In this document: one piece after another, positions 29,809 to 38,938 of the stretch | Layout of the letters: every line of letters starts with the position of its first letter | Position numbering within the stretch: the stretch's first letter is position 1 | Source: a virus | Taxonomy: Duplodnaviria; Caudoviricetes | Virus record (IMG/VR): IMGVR_UViG_2931736537_000001 | Span: 32,001 to 96,000 of that record | Strand: one strand, 5' to 3' | Length of the DNA: 64,000 bases | Notes under the pieces: model-generated | What the model was told of the DNA's origin: nothing | The model's input: only the letters and a program-made list of their open reading frames with translations | The model's database searches: none | Position numbers and translations under genes: made by a program

Positions 29809-30408
29809 GTGAATCCCCGTGACCTCGAACTGACCCTCGCCGCCGCCCGCGCGGTTGGCCCGTGCCCGCCGGGCGAGGAGGCGGCCTGGACCGACCAGGT
29901 CCGCGCCCGGGCCATCCATCTCTACACCCTCGCCGACACCGTCGGGCAGGACCTCCAGCGCCTGGACGCGGCGAAGCAGTTCACGGCGACTCTGCTGTCG
30001 CTGCGCCTCGAGGACACGAGCACCCGGGGCGTCCTGGTGGTCCGCAATACCTCCGGCGAGCTGGAGCAGCTGCGCACCGACCGCGGCGACTCCGACGCGG
30101 GGCGGGCCATGATCGAACGGGCCCGCGTGCTGGTCGGGCACCGGCTGCGGGTGTACCGCGTCAACGAGCAGATGGCCGGCAACCCCAAGATGCAGGTGCG
30201 CACCGTCGTCCACCTGACCGACTACGGTCCGGACACCGACCCGGTGCACGAGCACAGCGCGAAGGAGAACGTGCTGGCCGCGGCCGAGGGAGACACAGAT
30301 GCCGCCCGCCGGGCCTGGCTGGACGCGGGGCTCCCCGAGACGGGGTCGGTGTCCGTCCACCAGCTCGCCGCGGCGCTCGCCAAGCTTCCTGCAGCAGACG
30401 CCGGCTGA
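29809..30408 (+). CDS. Hypothetical protein
   Basis: Strong codon bias. Confidence 0.7.
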   Translation: MNPRDLELTLAAARAVGPCPPGEEAAWTDQVRARAIHLYTLADTVGQDLQRLDAAKQFTATLLSLRLEDTSTRGVLVVRNTSGELEQLRTDRGDSDAGRAMIERARVLVGHRLRVYRVNEQMAGNPKMQVRTVVHLTDYGPDTDPVHEHSAKENVLAAAEGDTDAARRAWLDAGLPETGSVSVHQLAAALAKLPAADAG

Positions 30409-30516
30409 CCATCCGCCGGAACGCACGTACGCCGAACGGCGCGGGCCTCTCCCGGAAGGGGACGGCCCTGCACCATTCGGCGTACGGTTCCGATGTCGAG
30501 TCAGAACGGAGCCAGT

Positions 30517-31755
30517 ATGCCTCTCTCCAGTGACGAGCACATCGGTACGCGCGTGCGGATCGCCAGAAACGCCGCCGGCCTCACACAAGTCGAACTCGCC
30601 GACTTCCTCAACCGGGCCGAGAGCTGGATGGCGAACGTCGAGTCCGGCCGCCAGGCCCTCGACCGCTTCTCCGTCATCACAGCGATCGCCGACCGCTGCG
30701 ACGTGGACGTGGTCTGGCTGCTGGGCCAGCCCTACCGGCTGCAGCGCGGCGGCGGCAGCCTCGCCCACGCGCACATCCCCGCCCTGCGCACGGGCCTTCG
30801 CCGGGCCGGCCTGATCCTGTCCGGCCACCCCGGGCTCAGCCCCCAGGGCCCGCCGGCCGACCTCACGGACATGCGCCGCCGCTCCCGCGCGGCGAACGCC
30901 GCCCGCCAGGCCGCGGACCTGCCGAAGGTCGCCACCCTCCTGCCCCACATGATCGAGGACCTCAACACGACCCTGCTCTTCGCGCACGACCGCGGCCGCG
31001 ACGACGTCCTGCGGCTGCTCGTCGACGCCGCCCGCACCGCACGGATGGCCCTCAACCAGCTCGGATACCCCGACTTGGCCTGGATCGCCGCCGAGGTGGC
31101 GGCCGGCGCGGCCGGGCAGCTCGACGACCCGGTCGTCAAGGGCGCGGTCGCGTGGGACCGATGCGGCGCGCTGCTGCATCAGGCCTCGCTGAAGGACACG
31201 GTCGCGGTCGCCGACGCGGCGCTGCGTGACCTCGAGCCGCACACCACCGGACAGGACAGCAAGGCGATCTCCCTGCGCGGCGCCCTGCACCTGCGGTGCG
31301 CCATCGCACACGCGCGCGGCAACCAGAAGTCCGACGCCTGGGCGAGGATCGACGCCGCCCTGGACGACGCCAACCGGCTCGGCGAGGGCTGGTACGACGT
31401 CGACAGCCACACCGTGTTCGGCCGCGGCACCGTCGCGGTGCACGCCGCCGAGGCGGGCGTCGAGGTCGACCAGCCGGACACCGGGCTGAAGAAGGTGCCG
31501 GCCGTGACCGTCGGGGAGGTGCCGAGTCGAGAGCGGCGCACGCACTACGCCATCGACGAGGCGAGGGCCCTGCACCGCATGGGCAAGAGCCCCTCGGCCG
31601 TCCAGAAGCTACGCGCGGCCGCCGCGGACGCCCCGTTCTACGTGCACGCCGACCCCATGGCGAGGGCGCTGGTGAGCGACATGGCCCGCATCGGAGTGCC
31701 GTCGCAGAAGAGCGCCCTGTCGAGCCTGATTCGGCACATGGAGCTGGTGCACTGA
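30517..31755 (+). CDS. XRE-family HTH regulator with helical (TPR-like) C-terminal domain
   Basis: IGTRVRIARNAAGLTQVELA...WMANVESG. Confidence 0.9.
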   Translation: MPLSSDEHIGTRVRIARNAAGLTQVELADFLNRAESWMANVESGRQALDRFSVITAIADRCDVDVVWLLGQPYRLQRGGGSLAHAHIPALRTGLRRAGLILSGHPGLSPQGPPADLTDMRRRSRAANAARQAADLPKVATLLPHMIEDLNTTLLFAHDRGRDDVLRLLVDAARTARMALNQLGYPDLAWIAAEVAAGAAGQLDDPVVKGAVAWDRCGALLHQASLKDTVAVADAALRDLEPHTTGQDSKAISLRGALHLRCAIAHARGNQKSDAWARIDAALDDANRLGEGWYDVDSHTVFGRGTVAVHAAEAGVEVDQPDTGLKKVPAVTVGEVPSRERRTHYAIDEARALHRMGKSPSAVQKLRAAAADAPFYVHADPMARALVSDMARIGVPSQKSALSSLIRHMELVH

Positions 31756-31772
31756 ACGCCCCCCGCCGGAAA

Positions 31773-31797
31773 CGCCCCCTAGTTTTTCTAGGGGGCG
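31773..31797. terminator. Hairpin/operator CGCCCCCTAG-TTTTT-CTAGGGGGCG
   Basis: Perfect 10-bp inverted repeat just after the XRE stop. Confidence 0.5.
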
Positions 31798-31868
31798 CGG
31801 TGCCCGGAGCCCATCATCCTCAGACGGGTCACATTCCGTATCTAAGTGATCACCTGGGGGTATCGGCG

Positions 31869-32453
31869 ATGGAGCCGATCAACACCCGCGCACCGGCAGA
31901 CGCCGCACGCGCCTACGTTCAACTGGGCTGGCCCGTCGCCCTCGGACACCGATGGCGCCCCCGACAGGGCTGCACCTGCGACAACCCCGCCTGCCCGGCG
32001 CCCGGCGCGCACCCCGTTCTTCCCGGAGTCCAGCCCTTCGACGAGCAGGGCGTCGAAGGCGCGCTCGAGACGGCGCCCGGCGCCTCCCTCATCGCCGCGA
32101 CCCGGCAGTTCGACGCCGTCCTCGTCCCGCACCGCATCGGGATGGCGACCATGGCGTGGCTCGACCGCAGCCACCCCGTGCCCTGCCTGGTGACGGACTC
32201 GAACGTCGCGGCCCTGCTGGTGCTGCCGGCCACCGGCCGGTACGCGGCCGTCCACGCGTGCGTCGAGGTTCGCACCGGAGAGGACGGCTGGATCGCCCTG
32301 CCGCCCAGCCACGGCACGCGGTGGGACACCCCGCCCTGGCTGGAGGCCACCCGTACGCCGCGCGAGCTGCTCAACGGCCAAGAGGTCGGCCGATACCTGC
32401 GCGAGGTCATCAGGATGTCGACGGTCATCCGGTCCCGAGGGGCCCGGCGGTGA
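31869..32453 (+). CDS. Bifunctional DNA primase/polymerase N-terminal domain protein
   Basis: GWPVALG...CTCDNPACPAPGAHP...FDAVLVP...ALPPS. Confidence 0.85.
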   Translation: MEPINTRAPADAARAYVQLGWPVALGHRWRPRQGCTCDNPACPAPGAHPVLPGVQPFDEQGVEGALETAPGASLIAATRQFDAVLVPHRIGMATMAWLDRSHPVPCLVTDSNVAALLVLPATGRYAAVHACVEVRTGEDGWIALPPSHGTRWDTPPWLEATRTPRELLNGQEVGRYLREVIRMSTVIRSRGARR

Positions 32454-32797
32454 CCGCCGCGGCGTCGAAGTCAGCCGCGCCGATAGACGTGCAGACCATC
32501 CGCGCCACATACGACAGGCTGCTGTGGGGGGCCGACATCTCCGGCGGCGAGTTGGAGATCCTCGCCGGCCGGGTGCGCGGCCACGTCGGCCTGCTGGTGC
32601 ACGAGGTGGCCACACTGGTGCCGCGGTTGCGCGGCCACCAGCAGTTCGTCGCTCGATGGGTCCTCGTGCGAAGCCGGCGCATGCTCCGTACGTCCCGCGG
32701 CAACGACTGCCCCGAGCAGTTGCGGGACCTGGCGACACAGTGCCGCGCCCTCCTCGTCCTCCACGAGAATCCCGGCGTCCTTCATCCGCCGTCCTGA
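32450..32797 (+). CDS. DUF6415-like protein
   Basis: IDVQTIRAT...VRGHVGLL...LATQCRALL; GTGA coupling. Confidence 0.65.
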   Translation: MTAAASKSAAPIDVQTIRATYDRLLWGADISGGELEILAGRVRGHVGLLVHEVATLVPRLRGHQQFVARWVLVRSRRMLRTSRGNDCPEQLRDLATQCRALLVLHENPGVLHPPS

Positions 32798-32846
32798 ACT
32801 TCCGTCCCGCCCGGGCCTCTGCGGTCTGCGGCGGGACGGGGTGTGT

Positions 32847-33296
32847 TCAGTTACCCACGAGGGAGGCGAGCGCGGCAGGGTCCGCCGCACGTGTGGAGAG
32901 GTATCCGCCGTGCTCGTCGTAGCCGATGAACCCGCCCTGGAACAGACGCGTGTGCGAGGCGATGTACTCGTCGAGGTCCATGTCGTCACGGGACCTGACG
33001 CCGGCGTTCTCCTCGGCGGTGGTGATCATCGCCGCCAGGTAGCGTGCGTCGTGGCCGGTGATGCGTCCCTCGGCGATGGCGCACATGCTTGCGATGGCGT
33101 CGAGCGCCACGAGGTCGCCGGTCTCCTCCATGCGGATTCGCATCGTCGGAGGGTACGTTCGCCCTTCGATCACTTCTGCGCAGTCCCGGTGCACGAGGGG
33201 GTACAGGGGCACTGACATGGCCGGCGCGTCCCGCCAGCTGCGGTCCTTGGGCCTCTTGCCCTTCGCCGCTCGTCGAGCCTGACTCTTCCGTCCCAT
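32847..33296 (-). CDS. Hypothetical protein
   Basis: Basic N-terminus MGRKSQARRA; codon bias. Confidence 0.65.
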   Translation of the reverse strand: MGRKSQARRAAKGKRPKDRSWRDAPAMSVPLYPLVHRDCAEVIEGRTYPPTMRIRMEETGDLVALDAIASMCAIAEGRITGHDARYLAAMITTAEENAGVRSRDDMDLDEYIASHTRLFQGGFIGYDEHGGYLSTRAADPAALASLVGN

Positions 33297-33452
33297 GGCC
33301 GGTCAACGACTCGGAACTGCGCCCGGCGCTGGTCTGGTCCCGTACTTCACGCATTCGGTGCAGCGCGGATACCCGAGGGTGTGGGCGGCCTACGATGGCG
33401 GCCCGGGGCCGACCCCGATACGCGCGGGGCCGGGCCCGGGCCTGTGCCTGCG

Positions 33453-33842
33453 TCAGGCCGCCGCGGCGGTGCCCGTCTCGGCCGGGCCCCGGTCGACGCC
33501 CTCGGGGGCCACCAGCCGCTCCAGGAAGGCGCCGATCAGTTCGACCGGCACCTCACCGGTGAAGGTGGCGGTCCAGGAGCGCGGCTTGGCCGGTACCGCG
33601 AGGAACTCCTGGTCGTGGCCGGGCGCGAAGGTGACCGCCTGGACCTTCCAGAGGACGTCGGTGCTGGCGTACTCGGCCGACTCGGGCTGGAACACCAGCC
33701 GGGCCTGCCCGCCGGGCGCCACCATCTGGCTGTTGTCCGTCGGGACGGAGTGCAGGGTCCACCCGGCCGCGGCCAGGAGGTCGAAGGCGACCTGCGGTTC
33801 GCCCTCGTCGGCCAGGAGCGCCGGGATGTTGGTCGTCGTCAT
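33453..33842 (-). CDS. DUF317 domain protein
   Basis: LAAAGW...WTATFTGEVPVELIGAF. Confidence 0.75.
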   Translation of the reverse strand: MTTTNIPALLADEGEPQVAFDLLAAAGWTLHSVPTDNSQMVAPGGQARLVFQPESAEYASTDVLWKVQAVTFAPGHDQEFLAVPAKPRSWTATFTGEVPVELIGAFLERLVAPEGVDRGPAETGTAAAA

Positions 33843-34173
33843 GCCGTGGAGTCCATTCCTCGGGTCGGCGGAATTTCCCGCTCGCCGCTTTCGGGTGGCC
33901 AGGAACGTAGCTCGCCGTTCCGGACCACATCAACGGCCTTCGAAAAGATCCCGGATTCGGCGCGGACGACTTTTTCCCACGCGGCTTCGCCGCCCGCGCC
34001 GGCGCCTAACACCACTGGTGGATGGCCTACGGCCGTCACCACCGACGCCTTTCCCAGGTTCATGCTTCTAACAGGTTCGTCGGCAACGGTTTCTACCCGT
34101 GGGCAGCGTCGTATTTCCACCCGCGGCCCGTTCCAGCGGGCCGCTGGAATTCCGGATCCGATCCCGAATCGAC

Positions 34174-34203
34174 TGGACTCTTTACAACGTAGCGTTGTAA
34201 AGT
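34174..34203 (+). promoter_or_regulatory. Putative promoter (TGGACT-N18-TAAAGT) with palindromic operator CTTTACAACG-TAG-CGTTGTAAAG
   Basis: Perfect 10-3-10 palindrome at 34180-34202; core shared with 15771-15786. Confidence 0.7.
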
Positions 34204-34241
34204 CGTGGGCGTAGGGAACGCCACGACGACGGAGGACCACG

Positions 34242-34487
34242 ATGCGGCCCGAGGGCATAACCGACACCACCGCCGAGTCGCTGTTCATCGAGGAGCTGGA
34301 CGGCATCACCTACGCCACCGAGGACGAGGCGGTGTACGCCCGGTACAGCCCGGAAGACTGGGAAGCCCAGGCCAAGAGCGAGGCCGACGCCGAGAACGGA
34401 TGGCTGCGAGCGGCGGAGACCAATGACCGCTACGCCTGGGAGGACGAACAGGACCGGATGCGAGCCGCCTTCTACGGCACCATCTGA
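34242..34487 (+). CDS. Small acidic hypothetical protein
   Basis: GGAGG RBS; very D/E rich. Confidence 0.75.
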   Translation: MRPEGITDTTAESLFIEELDGITYATEDEAVYARYSPEDWEAQAKSEADAENGWLRAAETNDRYAWEDEQDRMRAAFYGTI

Positions 34488-34524
34488 CATCACCAACCGG
34501 CCGAGACGGAGAAAGGGAGCCACG

Positions 34525-34668
34525 ATGCCGACTGAGACCATCGAGACGGAGCCGCGCACCTGCCGCGGCTGGACCGAGCCCTGCGGGAACCCGGTCGAGG
34601 ACGGCGACCTCTGCCCCGACTGCACCATGGGGCGCCTGGACGCGCAGTCCCCCCGGATCCCGCTCTGA
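34525..34668 (+). CDS. Small Zn-finger-like protein
   Basis: GGAG RBS; CRG...PC...LCPDC. Confidence 0.55.
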   Translation: MPTETIETEPRTCRGWTEPCGNPVEDGDLCPDCTMGRLDAQSPRIPL

Positions 34669-34680
34669 CCCCGACCACCG

Positions 34681-34702
34681 GGCCCTGCCGAGAGGCAGGG
34701 CC
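34681..34702. terminator. Hairpin GGCCCTGCC-GAGA-GGCAGGGCC between convergent genes
   Basis: Perfect 9-bp stem. Confidence 0.65.
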
Positions 34703-34720
34703 CTTCCGCTGTCCCGCTCG

Positions 34721-35596
34721 CTACCCGGCCGGTGGCCCCGCGGCCGCGCTCTCCTCGTCGGCCTCGACAGTGCAGAACTGCTCGAACAGCAGCGGCGTGC
34801 CCAACGCCGTGGCGGTCAGCTTGCGGTGGGCGGCCTCCAGCGTCCGTACGGCCGCAGGCAGCCCGGCCGGGGGCGCCGGCTGCCCGCCGCGCGGACGCCC
34901 GGGCGCCGTGGTCACCCACACTTCTTCCACCCGCCCGCCCTTCAGGACCTTCAGGTGCCCGGCGGTCAGCGCCTTGTGCGTCGCCTTCCAGCGGGCGAGT
35001 GCACCGCGCGAGACGGCGTCCAACGGGTACCAGGCGCCGGCGACCCGGGCACGCGGCAGCGACCGCTCCAGCTCGAGGTCGGCCAGCCGCATCGGGTGCA
35101 GCACTCCTATCCCGTGCCCCGTGCACACCGCGAGCGCGATCAGCGCGACCGAGCGTTCCCAGGTCGCCTCGAGCATCCCGGCCGGGTGGTGGCCGGTCAG
35201 CAGCCGCAGCGTGCGGTGGGCCTCGGTCGGCGTGAGCCGGTCGGCGAACTCCGCCGCCGGCGGCTGCAGCTCGAGCGGATGACCGCAGTAGCGGGAGAAG
35301 GTGTTCACCGAGCTGGTGCGCGCGGCCATGGAGTTGGTCGCGGCCGGCGCGGTCGGCCCGTGCAGGCCCGGGCGGCGCCGGGTGAGGCCGCGCTGGGCAG
35401 CGGCCAGCCACGCCAGGGCGTTCTCCTCGTCCAGGAGGTCCTCGGTGGTGACCCGGCTGGTGCCGCACTGCTGCTGCTCGGCGAGCCAGGCGATGTACTC
35501 GTCCAGGTACGTCCGGCGCAGGCGCTGGGTGGCCTCCGCGCGCAGCGTGGCCACGAACCGCTTCACGGCGGCCGTACCGCGGGCCGGGGCGTTCAC
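34721..35596 (-). CDS. Degenerate tyrosine-recombinase-fold protein
   Basis: SAM-like N-terminus; ERSVALIALAVCTGH..L..MRLADL resembles Box I; no HxxR or catalytic Tyr. Confidence 0.55.
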   Translation of the reverse strand: MNAPARGTAAVKRFVATLRAEATQRLRRTYLDEYIAWLAEQQQCGTSRVTTEDLLDEENALAWLAAAQRGLTRRRPGLHGPTAPAATNSMAARTSSVNTFSRYCGHPLELQPPAAEFADRLTPTEAHRTLRLLTGHHPAGMLEATWERSVALIALAVCTGHGIGVLHPMRLADLELERSLPRARVAGAWYPLDAVSRGALARWKATHKALTAGHLKVLKGGRVEEVWVTTAPGRPRGGQPAPPAGLPAAVRTLEAAHRKLTATALGTPLLFEQFCTVEADEESAAAGPPAG

Positions 35597-36327
35597 GTGG
35601 CGCTCCGCACCATCGCGCGGTGCGCGGCCTTCACGGCGCGGGCGGTCGGTGCGACGAAGGCGTGCAGCAGTTGCAGCGCGCCGTCGCACTGGGCGCCGAC
35701 GGCCGCGAGGTCGCGGTGCCGTCGGCGGCGGGTGCCCCGACCGGAGGGGTCGACCAGGTCGAGTTCGTGGACGACCTCGTGCCGGGCGTTGAAGAACGGC
35801 TGGTGGCTCTTGAGTATCTGGTCGTCGAGGGCGGGATCGTTCTTCAGGCCGAGGGCGTTGCGGCAGCGGATGAGGTCGGCGCCCCCCTGGATGCTGGAGC
35901 CGGTTAGGTCCTGGACGTAGAGGTCGATCAGGGCCGAGCGGGGGTCGATGTCGACGACGGCCTGCTTGGTGGCCCGGGTCATGTCGCCGTTGAGCCGGTT
36001 GGCCATGAAGTGGGCGACGAAGGCGCCGTGTGCGTCGCCGGCGGTGGAGAGCAGGGTCGGCAGCGAGTCGCGCAGCAGGGTGCGCAGGCAGGCGTCGATG
36101 CCGGCCGCGGTGAAGACGATCGCGGCGCGGGCCTGGTCGCGGTGGGTCTCGGAGACGGCGCCGCGCATGTCGTCCTGGGCGGCGCGCAGTTCGTTGAGTG
36201 TGGTGAACAGTCCGGACACGGACTTGTGCGTGGCCTTCAGCCTCTCCCAGCTGCGCTGGACCTCCGTGGGGCAGCCGTGGGGCTTGTGGGGAAGGTCGCT
36301 CAGCTCGACGAGGGTCAGTTTCGACAA
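35593..36327 (-). CDS. Putative HEPN-domain protein
   Basis: RAAIVFTAAGIDACL helix and C-terminal RHEVVH (Rx4H); AAGGAG RBS, TTG start. Confidence 0.65.
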   Translation of the reverse strand: MSKLTLVELSDLPHKPHGCPTEVQRSWERLKATHKSVSGLFTTLNELRAAQDDMRGAVSETHRDQARAAIVFTAAGIDACLRTLLRDSLPTLLSTAGDAHGAFVAHFMANRLNGDMTRATKQAVVDIDPRSALIDLYVQDLTGSSIQGGADLIRCRNALGLKNDPALDDQILKSHQPFFNARHEVVHELDLVDPSGRGTRRRRHRDLAAVGAQCDGALQLLHAFVAPTARAVKAAHRAMVRSAT

Positions 36328-36643
36328 CGTCTCTCCTTGGCCGTGTCCGCGTGGTGCCCGCGGTCCTCTCGCCTCGAAGTATGCGCGGTGTCCGACCGCC
36401 GTGTCACAAAATAAGAGCAAGCAGCTAGCGATCACACCTCCCCTCGTCCAGCCAGCCCATCGTTTCGGCTCGTGTCGAACCGAGTCGTACGTGCCGGTCC
36501 GGTACGGACATTGCGAACCTCCGACCCTCCGGCCACGCGCTCCCCCACCCCTGCCAACCCATGTATCAGGGTGTTCGGCTGTTTGCTGTTATTTAGTTAC
36601 ACGAGGGTCGGACACCCGCGCGCAGCCGGTGCCCGATCCCTTC

Positions 36644-37390
36644 CTACTGCTGGGGCGGGATGACGCTCGGCTCGCCCTCGCCCGAACCGTCGCCGGCCGA
36701 CGGCGTCCTCGAGCTGGCACGCCGTGCTCGGCGCTCCTCGATCTCCCGCATCATGCGCTCCCGCTCCTCCTGCACGGCCGGACCGGTCACCTGCTTGTAC
36801 CGACGGACCAGCTCATCGAGTTGTGCGGAGATGCCGTCCAACGCCTCCTCCAGCCGCAGCGTCGGCCGCTCCTCCGCGAGGGACTCCGCCCACGTGGAGA
36901 TATCGACGGTGTACTCCGCGGGCTCCATCTCGTCGTACGGGCCCTTGGCCCGAACCGTGAACACGTAGACGCTGGGCAGTTCCGTCCCCCACCGGTCGTG
37001 ATCGTCGAACAGGTAGGTCAGGCGCCGCCCCGGCGGCAGCATCGGGATCGGACGAGTCAGTACCCGCTGGAGGATCTCGGTCGGCTCCTCGCCCCAGGTC
37101 GTCTCGAGCGGCCGGTCCGCGCTGATCCGTACGTTGCGCGCGACCGTGGTACCGATGTTCTGGATGACGAGAACCATCAACGCGTGCCCGGGCATGTAGG
37201 GCTCGATGTCCACGATGACGTATGGCTCGTTCTGCTCGCGGTGGACGCGCTCCGCCAGCTCCAGCTGCTTCTTCCCAGAACTGCGGGCGATGTTCGCTTG
37301 CCACGCACTGATGACGGCCGCGATGACGGCAACGACTGCGGTTCCGAGACCGATCCAGTCTCCGGCGTCCAGCGCCTCGAGGTGATCCAT
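36644..37390 (-). CDS. Hypothetical protein with N-terminal TM segment
   Basis: TM helix then PYVIVD...NIGTTVARNV...LPPG. Confidence 0.75.
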   Translation of the reverse strand: MDHLEALDAGDWIGLGTAVVAVIAAVISAWQANIARSSGKKQLELAERVHREQNEPYVIVDIEPYMPGHALMVLVIQNIGTTVARNVRISADRPLETTWGEEPTEILQRVLTRPIPMLPPGRRLTYLFDDHDRWGTELPSVYVFTVRAKGPYDEMEPAEYTVDISTWAESLAEERPTLRLEEALDGISAQLDELVRRYKQVTGPAVQEERERMMREIEERRARRASSRTPSAGDGSGEGEPSVIPPQQ

Positions 37391-37463
37391 GCGGGCACGC
37401 TATCGGCCGGTACCGACACCGGGGCGAGCCCTCCCTACGGTGGCCGGTACGGACCGGTCGCGC

Positions 37464-38291
37464 TCAGATCGCGGTACTGCAGAACTCACGCACGCCGCGC
37501 AGTGTCGTCCTCAGTTTCTGCTGGGTTGCCTGGCTGTCGAGGCGTACGTCCAGGGCGCCGGGCAGGGGGCTGTCGGCCCGCAGTCCGGCGGGCAGGCGTG
37601 AGGCGTCGAGGCCGTCCCGGCCGGCGATGAGCGTGCCCAGCTCGAAGCGGCTCACCGCGTCGGCTCCCGCGATGTGGTGGATGCCGGCTGTCTCCAGTGA
37701 CGCCAGCTCCAGCAGGGCGGCGGCCAAGTCGCCCACGTACACGGGGCAGCGGACGTCATCGGTGAACAGGGCGCCGGCGCGGGTACCGGCGGCCAGCTGG
37801 TACACGGTCTGCTCGTGAGCGGACCGTCCGTGGCCGATGATCAGCGACGTGCGGGCGACAGCGGCGTCCGGGTGCACGGCCAGGATCCCGGTCTCGGCCG
37901 CCGCCTTCGCTGCGCCGTACGGGGTGACGGGGTCTGGAAGGCAGGACTCGTCGTAGTGCACTCGCGAGCCGGAGAAAATGGCGTCGCTGGACACGTGGAC
38001 CAGGCGGATGCCGTGCTGCGCGGCGGCCATCGCGAGCCGGATGGGGCCCTGGGCCGTGATTGCCCAGTCGGCGGCGCCGCTCGAGACGTTGATGACGACG
38101 CGTGGCCGGACCTCGGCCAGGACGGCGTCGACGAGCTCCGGGTTGCGCAGATCCAGGTGGTGCCAGGCCGCGGTGGAGGCGTCGCCCGGTTTCGTGGCGT
38201 ACGTTGCGGCTGTGGTGTGCCCGGCTTCTGTCGCCTGTCGGACGAGTTCGGAGCCGAGGAAGCCGCTGCCGCCGATGATCAGAGTGGTCAT
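37464..38291 (-). CDS. RmlD-like NAD(P)-dependent sugar reductase (extended SDR)
   Basis: GGSGFLG, HVSSDAIFSG, YGAAK (YxxxK). Confidence 0.9.
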   Translation of the reverse strand: MTTLIIGGSGFLGSELVRQATEAGHTTAATYATKPGDASTAAWHHLDLRNPELVDAVLAEVRPRVVINVSSGAADWAITAQGPIRLAMAAAQHGIRLVHVSSDAIFSGSRVHYDESCLPDPVTPYGAAKAAAETGILAVHPDAAVARTSLIIGHGRSAHEQTVYQLAAGTRAGALFTDDVRCPVYVGDLAAALLELASLETAGIHHIAGADAVSRFELGTLIAGRDGLDASRLPAGLRADSPLPGALDVRLDSQATQQKLRTTLRGVREFCSTAI

Positions 38292-38442
38292 GGAGCGACA
38301 CGGTAGACCGCTCGGAGCCGGTGGCGATGGACCCCTCGACGGTCGCCGGGACGCCGCCGGCCCGTGGCGGCCACCGCGAAGTGCAGGTGACCGGCACGGG
38401 CCGACAGCGTTCGGTCCCGGCGGGCGGGCAGTTTCGGACCGT

Positions 38443-38898
38443 CTACGCGGGTGCCCAGACGTAGCAGATGTCCGGCTCCCGCTCGTCGTTGCGGGCGCCG
38501 TCGGTTCGGTCGGCCTCGACGAAGCCGTGCCTCTCGTAGAAGCGACGGGCCGGACGGTTCACCTGGAACGTCCACAGCGTCAGTCCGCCCGGCTGCCGCT
38601 GCTTGGCCAGGTCCATGAAGCGGTCGCCCAGCCCGCGGCCGCGCCAGGCCGGGTCCAGATAGAGCTGCTTCAGCTCACGGCCGGCGAGCACCATGACGCC
38701 CACCACGCTGCTTCCGCTGGTCGCCACCCAGGTCTCGCGGTGCGGCACGAGCACGCGTGTGAACCAGTCCCGCACCTCGGCCGCGGTGTGGGCGCAGCGC
38801 ACTGAGGGCACGGCGGCGGCGTAGGAGCGCAGCCACACGTCGGCGGCGGGCAATGCGTCGGCGCTGTCGGCGCGACGGAGAACGACCTCGTGGGGCAT
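38443..38898 (-). CDS. GNAT acetyltransferase
   Basis: LYLDPAWRGRGLG, NRPARRFYERHGF. Confidence 0.9.
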   Translation of the reverse strand: MPHEVVLRRADSADALPAADVWLRSYAAAVPSVRCAHTAAEVRDWFTRVLVPHRETWVATSGSSVVGVMVLAGRELKQLYLDPAWRGRGLGDRFMDLAKQRQPGGLTLWTFQVNRPARRFYERHGFVEADRTDGARNDEREPDICYVWAPA

Positions 38899-38938
38899 CG
38901 TGCGTCATCTCCTGCTCGGTGCGGTGGCGGGCGGGGTT

